64,000 bases of DNA, taken from sequence record OV696614; one strand, written 5' to 3'. Origin of the DNA: Escherichia phage Cyrano. The position numbers and the translations under genes were made by a program. Shown here piece after piece: positions 49,701 through 57,701 of the stretch (within the stretch, counting starts at the first letter, position 1; each line of letters opens with the position of its first letter). The notes under the pieces are model-generated. The model was not told where the DNA came from. It did no database searches and saw only the letters and a program-made list of their open reading frames with translations.

Positions 49701-50263
49701 GTCCGTTCGAAATGAATCCTAAGCGTTCTGCCGAAATCAACGTACTCATGACACGTATGGCGGCTGAAATGGGCTTGGGTGAGGAGTTGATACGCCCGAC
49801 TATTGGTATTAAACCCAAAATCATGATCATTCTGGACAATGCGAACGGCAATGACGCTCGTACCGGCTACTTCATGGAGAACGGATACGACGACTTTAAG
49901 GCAAAACTACTGACAGTTGGAGATCTGCGCATGGGCGATCTTTATGTCACGGGTGTTTGTAAGAAGGTTAAGGACAAAGAGAAAGACTATACCAAAGACG
50001 AGATAGGCCAGTTCACAGACTTTATGCGGGAAGAAATTAATCTTGTACGACCAACCTACATTTTGACGTGTGGTAGTCGTTCAACCGCACTATTTAACAA
50101 TAAGAGTAAACCATCAGATCTGATTGGTCGTAAGGAGTACTTCCCAGAGCTTGATGCAACCGTCTTCTACGGATTTAACCCGAATATCCTGTACTTCCGA
50201 CCGGAAGAAGGAGAGCGACTGGAGGCCATTCTGGCTGATATCGCGGAGACAATAAATAAGTAA
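46757..50263 (+). CDS. dnaE: DNA polymerase III alpha subunit (DnaE-type)
   Basis: 1168 aa; N-terminal PHP-like region, polymerase core (GRGSSAGSLVAWCIGIT, palm acidic motifs), typical length. Confidence 0.85.
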   Translation: MKALMVRTDFSLGESALKAENAVKIAREAGYTAVISADSMNIASVIPLQRAAGDDMAVICGVKLNIVDDPTYEHRAKLAKESMRCMESLERGRNYSFTALIKNEQGYRDICELMTAANTREQFYFVPRLSLEQLVSTYAKGNIILLTSDIGSVFQRNDFAKIISTLITAGGKDNFYSVVYPHPTPFYDQINVRAMKVASALKIEPVAFYPAYYESIDDADIKDIAHMVTNNIKIDQPHRLRIPHQRDNAINGRRHLLEALKAFSVRMDVPVTAAMASTTQDSIIDACTWRWHELPPALPKMADDEPATLMKLAVAGLRKRLTTKEFGYTPPASENRVYVERLKYEMDTLTRLGFCGYFLMVRDLMNHSRETGIPVGPGRGSSAGSLVAWCIGITNVDPIRHGLLFERFINPERLDLPDADLDFSQARRHEVIEYLNERYGEDYVAGIPNFTYLGAASALRDTARIYGVESADMAVSKELKNVEDDSLPLEELREQLASLDKYATKYPDAFNAACKLQSLMRGFGRHAAGMIVAGVPLTERTPVERRGDARCIAFDKRYCEAMGLIKLDVLGLATLDLLDSAKRYIKESTGEDINLDAIPLDDRKVLDGFAAGYTQGVFQLESGPMRKLLKDLGGGIEPMSFKTVVATTALFRPGPIQSGMLDDYVSVAKGFMAPHSIHPRLEEVTRETNGVLLYQEQIMQSSRVLAGFSMAEADALRSAIGKKNMDKMKAIGSDFVERAQAGWVTLSLKNGGTVEVHKHAKLDCSDGKRRSYSEAISDGIDYVEIVSEQEGLSKEKAQEIWDAFEKFGGYAFNKSHSVAYSLISYQSMWLKTHYPAEFFAAALTILGEDKHQGLVKDALTYGIRVLPPDVNVSSNRIEIRTLEDGSQALYAPFSAVKGCSENGCQAIMRAREKVGGKFESVAQFDEAVEKRACNSRVRESLHKVGAFASIEPGSLPATDPERLRDQAELMGNLIIDAVKASRPFEMNPKRSAEINVLMTRMAAEMGLGEELIRPTIGIKPKIMIILDNANGNDARTGYFMENGYDDFKAKLLTVGDLRMGDLYVTGVCKKVKDKEKDYTKDEIGQFTDFMREEINLVRPTYILTCGSRSTALFNNKSKPSDLIGRKEYFPELDATVFYGFNPNILYFRPEEGERLEAILADIAETINK

Positions 50264-50267
50264 TAAA

Positions 50268-50291
50268 GAAAACCCGCCTGTTGGCGGGTTT
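50268..50291 (+). terminator. rho-independent terminator after dnaE
   Basis: AAAACCCGCC-tgtt-GGCGGGTTT followed by ATAAAG. Confidence 0.65.
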
Positions 50292-50566
50292 ATAAAGAAT
50301 TATGGCGCTTGTTGAGGAAGTCACTCCTCTTACGCACTTTGTTTTGCCATGCCGGCAGTTAGCTTCTGCCTTTGACTATTCATGCGGCAACCCCGCATTT
50401 CGCCACAATGGGCAATTCACTTTTATGGAATAAACTGGCCGTTGTGTCGATTTAATTAGCATGGCCTTACCATGCTAATTTATTCAACTTGTACAATCCT
50501 ACAAATCTATCCACTCAGGCTTACACCGTCTTCGTTATTGTAGAAATGAGGATCATCAGCGTTGAA

Positions 50567-50782
50567 TCAGCTTAGAGCAACGACATTTGCTGCTGCTGGG
50601 CCTTTAGCACCATTCTCGATAGAGAATTCGACCTGCTGGCCTTCTTCCAAAGTGCGGAAATTATTACTCTGAATTGCCGAAAAATGTACAAAAACATCTT
50701 TACTGCCATCAGCAGGAGAAATAAAGCCAAAGCCTTTATCAGAGTTAAACCATTTTACTAAACCAGTCATTTTATTAGACAT
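50567..50782 (-). CDS. cspA: cold shock protein (CspA family)
   Basis: 71 aa from ATG 50782 with AAGAAGG RBS; RNP motifs KGFGFI and VFVHF. Confidence 0.9.
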   Translation of the reverse strand: MSNKMTGLVKWFNSDKGFGFISPADGSKDVFVHFSAIQSNNFRTLEEGQQVEFSIENGAKGPAAANVVALS

Positions 50783-51111
50783 AGATATTACCTTCTTAAT
50801 TTTGTGAGCCACATAGTGCGGCGAGAATTTGATCTGTATAGATTGGGACTTACTTAGGCACTTAAGGAGGAGACTCACGAAGAAGGGAAATCAGAAGATA
50901 ACACTGAACTGAGACTGCTTTACTAAAACTGCTTACATAAGGTCTGTCTTGCAAACCAACGATGCTATTAACGCATACCCCTTCTTTTCATGCAACCTTT
51001 ATTTTTCAAAGATAACTAATTTTTGTCACCATTGGTTTAGTAAACGTTAACGAACCAGACGATGCCAGACACCTTTACAGAGAACAGATGCCCGCCAATT
51101 GGCGGGCATCA

Positions 51112-51675
51112 TTATGCGCATTTCGCAATATCTTTGCGGCGTTTAATCAGTTTCTCCGCAATTTGCTCTATTTCGTTGAAATCTTTCGAGACGCTGTTTC
51201 GAAGCGCCAGATTCCATTTACTCAAAGTTCGGGCATTTTGGACAATTTGATCGCCCTCTTTAAGTCGTCCGTTATTCATGAGCCATTCAGCCACATCAGC
51301 CCAATCCCAGAGAGGAGACTGGCCTTTTATGCGTTGTACAGGGCAAGGGAAGTCGCCGCTTCCGCGCTTACCGTCTTTGAGCAACGCCACTGCCTGGCGA
51401 GACAGGTCTGTCAGTTCCGCGATATCGCTTAAGCCCACAAGAGCCGAGTCGACGGATTCAACAATTGCACCGATACCGGCTGATTCAATATTGTCGACCG
51501 CAGATGCGATAGCTGCATCAAGTGATTGTGCTTCGCGGTCAAATTCTACATAGACGGAGTTTCCATATGCGCAAATTAGCGCATCGTCACAGCCGTTTTG
51601 GTACAGCGCGTCTTCCAGTCCTTCCGTCTCATACGATACGCCTGAGAGCGTCAGAGTGAAGTTATAAAGCGCCAT
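51112..51675 (-). CDS. two-domain regulator: HicB-like N-domain (uncertain) plus AlpA/Xis-type HTH C-domain
   Basis: 188 aa from ATG 51675 (AAGGAA RBS); C-terminal DLSRQAVALLKDG..FPCP....SPLWDWADVAEWL resembles AlpA-type HTH. Confidence 0.4.
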   Translation of the reverse strand: MALYNFTLTLSGVSYETEGLEDALYQNGCDDALICAYGNSVYVEFDREAQSLDAAIASAVDNIESAGIGAIVESVDSALVGLSDIAELTDLSRQAVALLKDGKRGSGDFPCPVQRIKGQSPLWDWADVAEWLMNNGRLKEGDQIVQNARTLSKWNLALRNSVSKDFNEIEQIAEKLIKRRKDIAKCA

Positions 51676-51735
51676 AGTTTTCCTTTGAAGATAGTTGGAC
51701 AGTTTCTGCAAAAGGCGGCTAATGCCGCCTTGAAA

Positions 51736-51960
51736 TCATTTACAACGATCAACCATTCGTTTGATCTGTTTGGCATGGTTTTCGGGATTACCCGGAGTCG
51801 ACCATACGCTCATTTGGTGAGTTTTGTGTTCACCTTCTGGATTACCGCATCGCAGTCTGCAAAAACAATGTGCAGCACCACCAGCAGCTACCCAGATCCA
51901 GCCTTTACTTAATGCATAGTCAATGGCTGCTTGAATATGCTTATTCGGATGTTGCTTCAT
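51736..51960 (-). CDS. small protein, possible HicA-like toxin
   Basis: 74 aa; weak resemblance to YcfA/HicA pattern (KGW....GG.AH ... TPGNP.NHAKQIKR); immediately upstream of HTH gene. Confidence 0.3.
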   Translation of the reverse strand: MKQHPNKHIQAAIDYALSKGWIWVAAGGAAHCFCRLRCGNPEGEHKTHQMSVWSTPGNPENHAKQIKRMVDRCK

Positions 51961-51977
51961 TCGCCTCAGATAATAGT

Positions 51978-52007
51978 ATTCTATTCACAGTGTTGACATC
52001 TGTCAAC
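51978..52007 (-). promoter_or_regulatory. sigma70-like promoter with overlapping palindromic operator
   Basis: minus strand reads TTGACA-17 nt-TAGAAT then GAGG RBS and ATG at 51960; palindrome GTTGACA-tc-TGTCAAC (51992-52007) overlaps the -35. Confidence 0.5.
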
Positions 52008-52171
52008 GGCGACTGAATTTCATCCGTTCATGCCACACCCCATCCATCTCATGTATGTGACCTAAAGATGGTCAGCACAGCTTACCAAAATAAGACAACT
52101 AATTATCTTCGGTGATCTCAATATCTTCCCCTGAACAAAGTTGACATGACGCCATAAACCCGTTCTCTGTT

Positions 52172-52180
52172 TGATATAAT
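52172..52180 (+). promoter_or_regulatory. extended -10 promoter element (TGaTATAAT)
   Basis: TGATATAAT about 35 nt upstream of the 52214 start. Confidence 0.4.
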
Positions 52181-52213
52181 TGATACAGATTTTATAAGTA
52201 GGAACCTATTAGA

Positions 52214-52645
52214 GTGAACACTGATATTTTTTCTAAAATCATGGCCGATCTGGAGTTCGACCGCGACAACCTTGAGGAAGTATGGCGTAAACAGCCACGG
52301 CTTTTAATGGAGTATGGGTCAAAACTAGCGCAGGCAGATCGAGATGTCGCAGAGGCAAAACTTAACCTTGAAGCTGTTGAAGCAAAGCTATACGACACAG
52401 AGCGTAAGAACTTGAGTATGAACGGCATTAAGTTCAACGAGTCTGTACTGGACGCTAAGGTTAAAACAAACCCACAGTATCTGTCTAAACGGCAGAAGTT
52501 GGATGAAGCACGGCACATCGCAGACATATACAAACATGCTGTCGCCGCCTTTTCGCATCGCCGAGACATGATCGTTCAGGCGTCAAAGATGGCCATCGTT
52601 GAATTAGAGCGATTAGGCTCTGAACGCTTTATTACTCCCCGTTGA
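52214..52645 (+). CDS. hypothetical protein, possibly UvsY-like recombination mediator
   Basis: 143 aa helical protein directly upstream of gp32-like SSB; similarity to T4 UvsY is only a loose impression. Confidence 0.3.
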   Translation: MNTDIFSKIMADLEFDRDNLEEVWRKQPRLLMEYGSKLAQADRDVAEAKLNLEAVEAKLYDTERKNLSMNGIKFNESVLDAKVKTNPQYLSKRQKLDEARHIADIYKHAVAAFSHRRDMIVQASKMAIVELERLGSERFITPR

Positions 52646-52762
52646 TTTTTGATAGATAATAAGTAAGTACTGATCTATCATTTAACAGCTCGAAAGAGCC
52701 ACGAATGAACGAAAGCCCAACGCGCATAGCGCCATCGGCCAAATCACAACAAGGAGAAACAC

Positions 52763-53791
52763 ATGTCTAAGACATTACTTGATTTGCTTAACAAAACTCG
52801 TGAAGACATTGCCGCCAAACGTGGCAACAACGTTGATCTGACTCGCTTAAAAGACGGCGTCAACTATATCCGCATCTTCCCGAATAAAGACGACCCAAAC
52901 GGTAAGTTCTTCCAGACTTTCGGTATGCACTACGTTAAGTATCAGAACGAGGAAGGTAAAGAAGCAACCAACGCTTATATTTGTGAGCAACATACTCACG
53001 GTCGCGCTTGTCAGCTATGCGAAATGGTGATGGAAGGTCGCGCTCGTCACAAGGGTAACAAAGCAATGGAAGAACGCATCGGTCAAATGCGTGCCACTCC
53101 TCGCTACCTGGTCAACGGCATTCTTTCTGCTCGTGAGGATTTCGCAGATGCTGAGAAATGCCAGTTAATCGAGCTGCCGTCTACTGTATTCGATGATATC
53201 TGCAAAGCAATCACCGAAGACATCGCTGATGATATCGGCAATCCACTGAGCAAAGAGGAAGGCTACGCATTCCTGATTAAACGTACTGGCTCTGGTCGCG
53301 ATACCAAATATGACGTCTCGCCTAAGCGTAAAGTCTACAAAGGCGATATCGAAGATAAATTCTGGAACACCCAGCATGATCTGATCGCATACGCAAATCA
53401 GGCTGATGAAACTCGTCTTCTGTCGACAGTTCGCACTATGGGTCGTCTGATTGGCATCGCTGCACCAACTGCCGCAGCATCTGCACCAGCAATTTCCTCA
53501 ACCGCGAAAACATCGGCTGCGGCACTACCTGGATTTGGCTCTGTCACTGGTCATACAGAAGGAGCGACGGCTGTAGCAACCGCGCACACACCGGCTTCTG
53601 AACCAACCAGTCTGGTTGATGAAGAAATCCTCCGTGCCGTTGAAACTGAATTTAAACCAGAGGCAAGTTCCGCTGCCGTTGCCGTATCAGTCAAAGAGTC
53701 TGAAGCAGTCGCAGCGACATCTGTAGCAACCGCATCTGCGACGGAAGATGAAGGTCTGGATGACCTACTGAGAGAGCTGGACTCTCTGTAA
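52763..53791 (+). CDS. ssDNA-binding protein, T4 gp32-like
   Basis: 342 aa; zinc-binding-like motif HTHGRACQLCEM, Ala/Ser/Thr-rich linker and acidic C-terminal tail EDEGLDDLLRELDSL. Confidence 0.55.
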   Translation: MSKTLLDLLNKTREDIAAKRGNNVDLTRLKDGVNYIRIFPNKDDPNGKFFQTFGMHYVKYQNEEGKEATNAYICEQHTHGRACQLCEMVMEGRARHKGNKAMEERIGQMRATPRYLVNGILSAREDFADAEKCQLIELPSTVFDDICKAITEDIADDIGNPLSKEEGYAFLIKRTGSGRDTKYDVSPKRKVYKGDIEDKFWNTQHDLIAYANQADETRLLSTVRTMGRLIGIAAPTAAASAPAISSTAKTSAAALPGFGSVTGHTEGATAVATAHTPASEPTSLVDEEILRAVETEFKPEASSAAVAVSVKESEAVAATSVATASATEDEGLDDLLRELDSL

Positions 53792-53800
53792 TCCCATTAC

Positions 53801-54796
53801 GTGACCAGTAAGGCGTCTACGGACGCCTTACTTTTTGGAAGGAATGTACCGGTGAATTATCTCTTCGTAGATGGCAATAGCCTGGGTTATTACCACCAAC
53901 AATCTGACAAATTGCACAACGGCGAAATGGAAGTACAGGCTGCTTTCGGCTTTGTTAAGAACGTCCGTCGTTATGCCTCCATCCTCCATGCCCGACCTAT
54001 GATTCTTTGGGATGGATTTAGTGACAAGCGTCGCGACTTTTACCCGGACTACAAGGCAAATCGCGACGACGATCCTGATATGAAAAAGATGAAGGAAGGC
54101 TTTGCTATCCAGAAGCCATACATCCTCAAAATGATGACCGCGCTTGGAGTTACCCAACTCATTGCAAAAGATGCAGAAGCGGATGATCTGGCCGGGCTGC
54201 TGGTATCCCGCATGGCACCGCAGCCAACCGTTGAACACATCTATCTGTTAACAGGCGATAGCGACTGGCTTCAGTTAGTTCGTGAAAACGTAAGCTGGGT
54301 AAGCCTGCGTGAAGACGCCAAAAACAAGCAGGTTAATTTTGAGCAATTTGCGGAGCTGACAGGATTCGCTACTCCTCGCGCATTTTTGGAAGCAAAAGCA
54401 TTACAAGGCGATAAATCGGACAACATTAGCGGTGTTGGTGGCATTGGTGCTGGCGGTGCGAAAGAGCTGCTGCATGAATGGGGAAGTGTCGCAACGATGG
54501 TACGCGGCATCAACGACGGCTCAATCGTGGTTGACAAAGGACGCCATAAGACCGCCTTCAACAAACTAGCGAAGAATGCCTTCAACGAGAAAACAGGCTG
54601 TCGAATGCTCGAAGCGTTCAAGAGAAACATCACGCTAATGAACCTGATTGAGACGAAGTTTCCGCCTACCGAAATCGAAACAATCAAAGGCAATCGTGAC
54701 GTGAAAGCATTCGAGCAACTGTGCTACGAGCTGAATTTCCGTTCGTTCCTTGAAGACCTTGAAGTGTTTGTTCTTCCATTCGAAAGGTATTGCTAA
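53801..54796 (+). CDS. 5'-3' exonuclease / flap endonuclease (T4 RNase H / Pol I N-terminal family)
   Basis: N-terminal LFVDGNSLGYY and downstream acidic clusters typical of FEN family; true start probably GTG 53852 because 53801-53850 overlaps the terminator hairpin. Confidence 0.75.
   Translation: MTSKASTDALLFGRNVPVNYLFVDGNSLGYYHQQSDKLHNGEMEVQAAFGFVKNVRRYASILHARPMILWDGFSDKRRDFYPDYKANRDDDPDMKKMKEGFAIQKPYILKMMTALGVTQLIAKDAEADDLAGLLVSRMAPQPTVEHIYLLTGDSDWLQLVRENVSWVSLREDAKNKQVNFEQFAELTGFATPRAFLEAKALQGDKSDNISGVGGIGAGGAKELLHEWGSVATMVRGINDGSIVVDKGRHKTAFNKLAKNAFNEKTGCRMLEAFKRNITLMNLIETKFPPTEIETIKGNRDVKAFEQLCYELNFRSFLEDLEVFVLPFERYC
53808..53837 (+). terminator. hairpin terminator (GGCGTC family)
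   Basis: TAAGGCGTC-tacg-GACGCCTTA followed by CTTTTTGG. Confidence 0.6.
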
Positions 54797-55062
54797 TGCT
54801 TAAATCGATTATTAATGGCGCTACAACCACCCCCACCCAACTGGCAAAAGAGATTGTCTTTTATCACGGTGAGTACGCTGTCATCGCACTGCCGTCAATT
54901 CTAGGCGCTGCCGGAATGAAAGCGACAGATCGCGAGTTTGGATTAGTCAGCGAGCAGGTCGTAAAAATCCTCGCTCGTGTATCCAGACTCCTTAATCACG
55001 ATGCGATTGTATTCGACGAATCCGCCGCTTTAAAACGAATCAACGAAACAAAAGGAGCCTGA
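54796..55062 (+). CDS. hypothetical protein
   Basis: about 88 aa, ATG 54796 overlapping upstream stop (TAATG). Confidence 0.35.
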   Translation: MLKSIINGATTTPTQLAKEIVFYHGEYAVIALPSILGAAGMKATDREFGLVSEQVVKILARVSRLLNHDAIVFDESAALKRINETKGA

Positions 55063-55064
55063 TC

Positions 55065-57404
55065 ATGGCAAAAGGAAAATCCGCACTGGCACTTGCTCTG
55101 AAAAAGAAAATCGGTAGCAACGACGAAATTCAGAAAGTAACTCATTGGATTGACACAGGCTTTCCTCCGTTAAACAAAGCTATTTCCGGTCGTTACGATG
55201 GCGGTTTCCCATGTGGTCGTATCGTAGAAGTATTCGGGCCACCAAGCGCGGGGAAATGTGTTACCGCAGACACCATGCTGCTGACGGAGCGTGGAATGGT
55301 AACAGTGAAAGAACTGTTTGAGATTGAGGGGCACAAAGCAACATGCACTACTCGCGATGTAGAGCATAACGTTGGACTCATCAATGAAAATGGCGTGATA
55401 GAGAAGACCTCACACCTGACATGGAACAACCGTCGCAAATTCAAGCGTATTAAGCTGGCATCAGGCGGTTATATCGAGGCTACGTTCCGTCACCCAATCC
55501 GTGTGGTTGACGACTTAGGTAATGTCGTCTGGCGACATGCTGAAAAAATCAGTGTAGGCGACACGATTCCTTCAATGGTTGGCACACATCAATTCGGCGA
55601 TCAGCACCTGGATGCCAATATCGCAAAACTGATGGGCTATTTAATTGCTGACGGATACGTGGCCTCTGAAAATTCAGTGAATTTTTCTAACACAGATCCT
55701 TTCATCAAGGATGAGTACTACCGCCTCATTTCGCTGGTATCAGACAAGATGCCAGTTACGAGAAAACATAACGGCTCGGAAGACCATGTGCTGTTTAGCA
55801 AAGAGGTGCGTTCGCTGCTTTTTAAAGAGTATGGTCTGGAGTATGAGAAAGCTGCTGGCAAGCAGGTTCCGTTGAGTGTGCGTCGCGCCAATAGCGAGGC
55901 TCAAATTGCATTCCTTCGCGGCTACTTTGAGCTGGAATGCCACGTCAATGATGGTCGCTGCATTGAGGTTGTGAGCGCGAGTGGGCTGCTGCTACAGCAA
56001 ATTCGCCTCATGCTCCTGAATCTGGGGATTACGTCAACTATCTCTGAAAAACACGTCGCGGGTTATGAAAATACATATTACCGGCTGTCATTCAGTGGCT
56101 CTAATTACGACCTTTTTCTGTCAACGATTGGTTTCGAATCTCCGGCACGTTTATCAGTGGCAACCAAACGGGACATTGGTTTTGACCGCACTTACTCAGG
56201 CTATGTTCCGCACATCAGCGGCTTAGTGAAATCACTCTACGAGTCGCTCACCAAGACCACCCGTGAAGACTACGCTCTGGTAGACCACGTTATTGGCCGC
56301 GGCGATCGTGTCGGAATAGACAAACTGCGAGAAATCTATGTCTCCTTCATTGGCAGAAAGAATCGTTTTAACGAGCATCTGTTTGCACAACTGGCAGCGG
56401 TAATTGGCTCTAACTTGTTCTACGACGAAGTCGTGGCTATTGAGGAAGGTGAAGCACCAACGTTCGACGTAGCGATGCCGGAAACACACTCTTTCTGGTC
56501 TAACGGGATTATCAGCCACAACACATTCCTTGCAACAGCAGCGATGATCTCCGCTCAAAAACAAGATGGTCTGGCGGTATTCCTCGATCATGAAAACAGT
56601 TTTGACGTTGGCCTGGCTGTAGCCAATGGCCTGAACGCAGATGAGGATGACGGTCAGTGGGTATACAAGCAGCCAGATACCTTCGAAGACTCTGTAGAGT
56701 TGATCGGCACAATACTTAAATTGGTTCGTGATGAAGAGCTTATCCCCGAATCAGCACCTATCTGTATCGTGGCTGACTCTCTTGCGTCTATGGTTCCGAA
56801 CTCCAAAGCCGAGAAGTTCGAAAAGATGGCTGAAGGCACTGCCAAAGACAAAGATCAGCTAAACATGAACGACAATACGGCACTGGCTCGTGCGACGAGT
56901 GCGAACTTCCCTACTCTGGCTTTGTGGGCACGCAAATACAACGCCTGCATCATCTTCTTGAATCAGGTTCGCACAAAAATCGGTGTAATGTTTGGCGACC
57001 CTACTACGTCGCCAGGTGGAGATTCACCGAAGTTTTACGCTTCTGTGCGCATCCGTCTCGGTGCATCGGTGATGAAGGATGGGAAAGAGAAGATCGGCCA
57101 GGACGTAGGCGCAGAATGCATCAAAAACAAAGTTGCACCACCGTATGGCAAATGCACCTGGAAATTCTACTTCGATCCTACTCGTGGCCTCGACGTTATC
57201 GAGTCGCTCGTCGAGTACATGCTGGAAGAAGGATACCTGCCAAAGAACGCCAGCGGGCGAGTTGAAATTGGTGACAAGAAATACACCAAATCGCAGATCG
57301 TCGACATGTATCGGGAGAAGCCATTAGCAGAAATCATTGCTGCGTTACAGGCGATAGATGACCGACGAGAGAAGACATCACCAACAGAAGAACTAGAAGA
57401 TTAA
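55065..57404 (+). CDS. recA: RecA-family recombinase precursor interrupted by an intein
   Basis: exteins: GRIVEVFGPPSAGK / TFLATAAMISAQKQDGLAVFLDHENSFD ... KFYASVRIRLG match RecA/UvsX core; 422 aa insert between P-loop Lys and Thr. Confidence 0.85.
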   Translation: MAKGKSALALALKKKIGSNDEIQKVTHWIDTGFPPLNKAISGRYDGGFPCGRIVEVFGPPSAGKCVTADTMLLTERGMVTVKELFEIEGHKATCTTRDVEHNVGLINENGVIEKTSHLTWNNRRKFKRIKLASGGYIEATFRHPIRVVDDLGNVVWRHAEKISVGDTIPSMVGTHQFGDQHLDANIAKLMGYLIADGYVASENSVNFSNTDPFIKDEYYRLISLVSDKMPVTRKHNGSEDHVLFSKEVRSLLFKEYGLEYEKAAGKQVPLSVRRANSEAQIAFLRGYFELECHVNDGRCIEVVSASGLLLQQIRLMLLNLGITSTISEKHVAGYENTYYRLSFSGSNYDLFLSTIGFESPARLSVATKRDIGFDRTYSGYVPHISGLVKSLYESLTKTTREDYALVDHVIGRGDRVGIDKLREIYVSFIGRKNRFNEHLFAQLAAVIGSNLFYDEVVAIEEGEAPTFDVAMPETHSFWSNGIISHNTFLATAAMISAQKQDGLAVFLDHENSFDVGLAVANGLNADEDDGQWVYKQPDTFEDSVELIGTILKLVRDEELIPESAPICIVADSLASMVPNSKAEKFEKMAEGTAKDKDQLNMNDNTALARATSANFPTLALWARKYNACIIFLNQVRTKIGVMFGDPTTSPGGDSPKFYASVRIRLGASVMKDGKEKIGQDVGAECIKNKVAPPYGKCTWKFYFDPTRGLDVIESLVEYMLEEGYLPKNASGRVEIGDKKYTKSQIVDMYREKPLAEIIAALQAIDDRREKTSPTEELED
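55257..56522 (+). mobile_element. intein with LAGLIDADG homing endonuclease domain inside recA P-loop
   Basis: begins with Cys (GK|CVTADT), ends His-Asn followed by Thr (ISHN|TF); internal LMGYLIADGYV and FLRGYFELECHV blocks. Confidence 0.75.
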
Positions 57405-57408
57405 TTAT

Positions 57409-57433
57409 CAGGCGTCCAAACGGACGCCTTTAT
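57409..57433 (+). terminator. hairpin terminator (GGCGTC family)
   Basis: AGGCGTCC-aaac-GGACGCCT followed by TTATTG. Confidence 0.55.
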
Positions 57434-57497
57434 TGTATGTTGAAAATGTATAAGCACTTACTTATCATTAGCACACAATAACCACATAGGAAAACAC

Positions 57498-57698
57498 ATG
57501 TTCAAACTCTATCTTATGGCAGTAGTTACAGGTCTATCTGTAGTTTTCATCTACTGTTTGCTGGTTCCGTCGCTGATCTCTGCTAAAAGCGACATTGCCG
57601 TAATGCTTGGAATCATCGTTGCTTTTGGTGCTCCTGTGATCGGGTTTATTGCAGGTCGTAAGTTTCTAAAGTCACTCATCAATTCGAAGGAGAAGTAA
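57498..57698 (+). CDS. small two-helix membrane protein (NfeD/YqiJ-like partner of SPFH protein?)
   Basis: 66 aa, two hydrophobic helices; immediately upstream of SPFH gene. Confidence 0.4.
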   Translation: MFKLYLMAVVTGLSVVFIYCLLVPSLISAKSDIAVMLGIIVAFGAPVIGFIAGRKFLKSLINSKEK

Positions 57699-57701
57699 GT
57701 A

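Noticed and set aside
51088-51553. + strand ORFs 51088..51432 and 51278..51553
   Set aside because: Antisense to the HicB-like/HTH gene, which has a consensus promoter and RBS on the minus strand.
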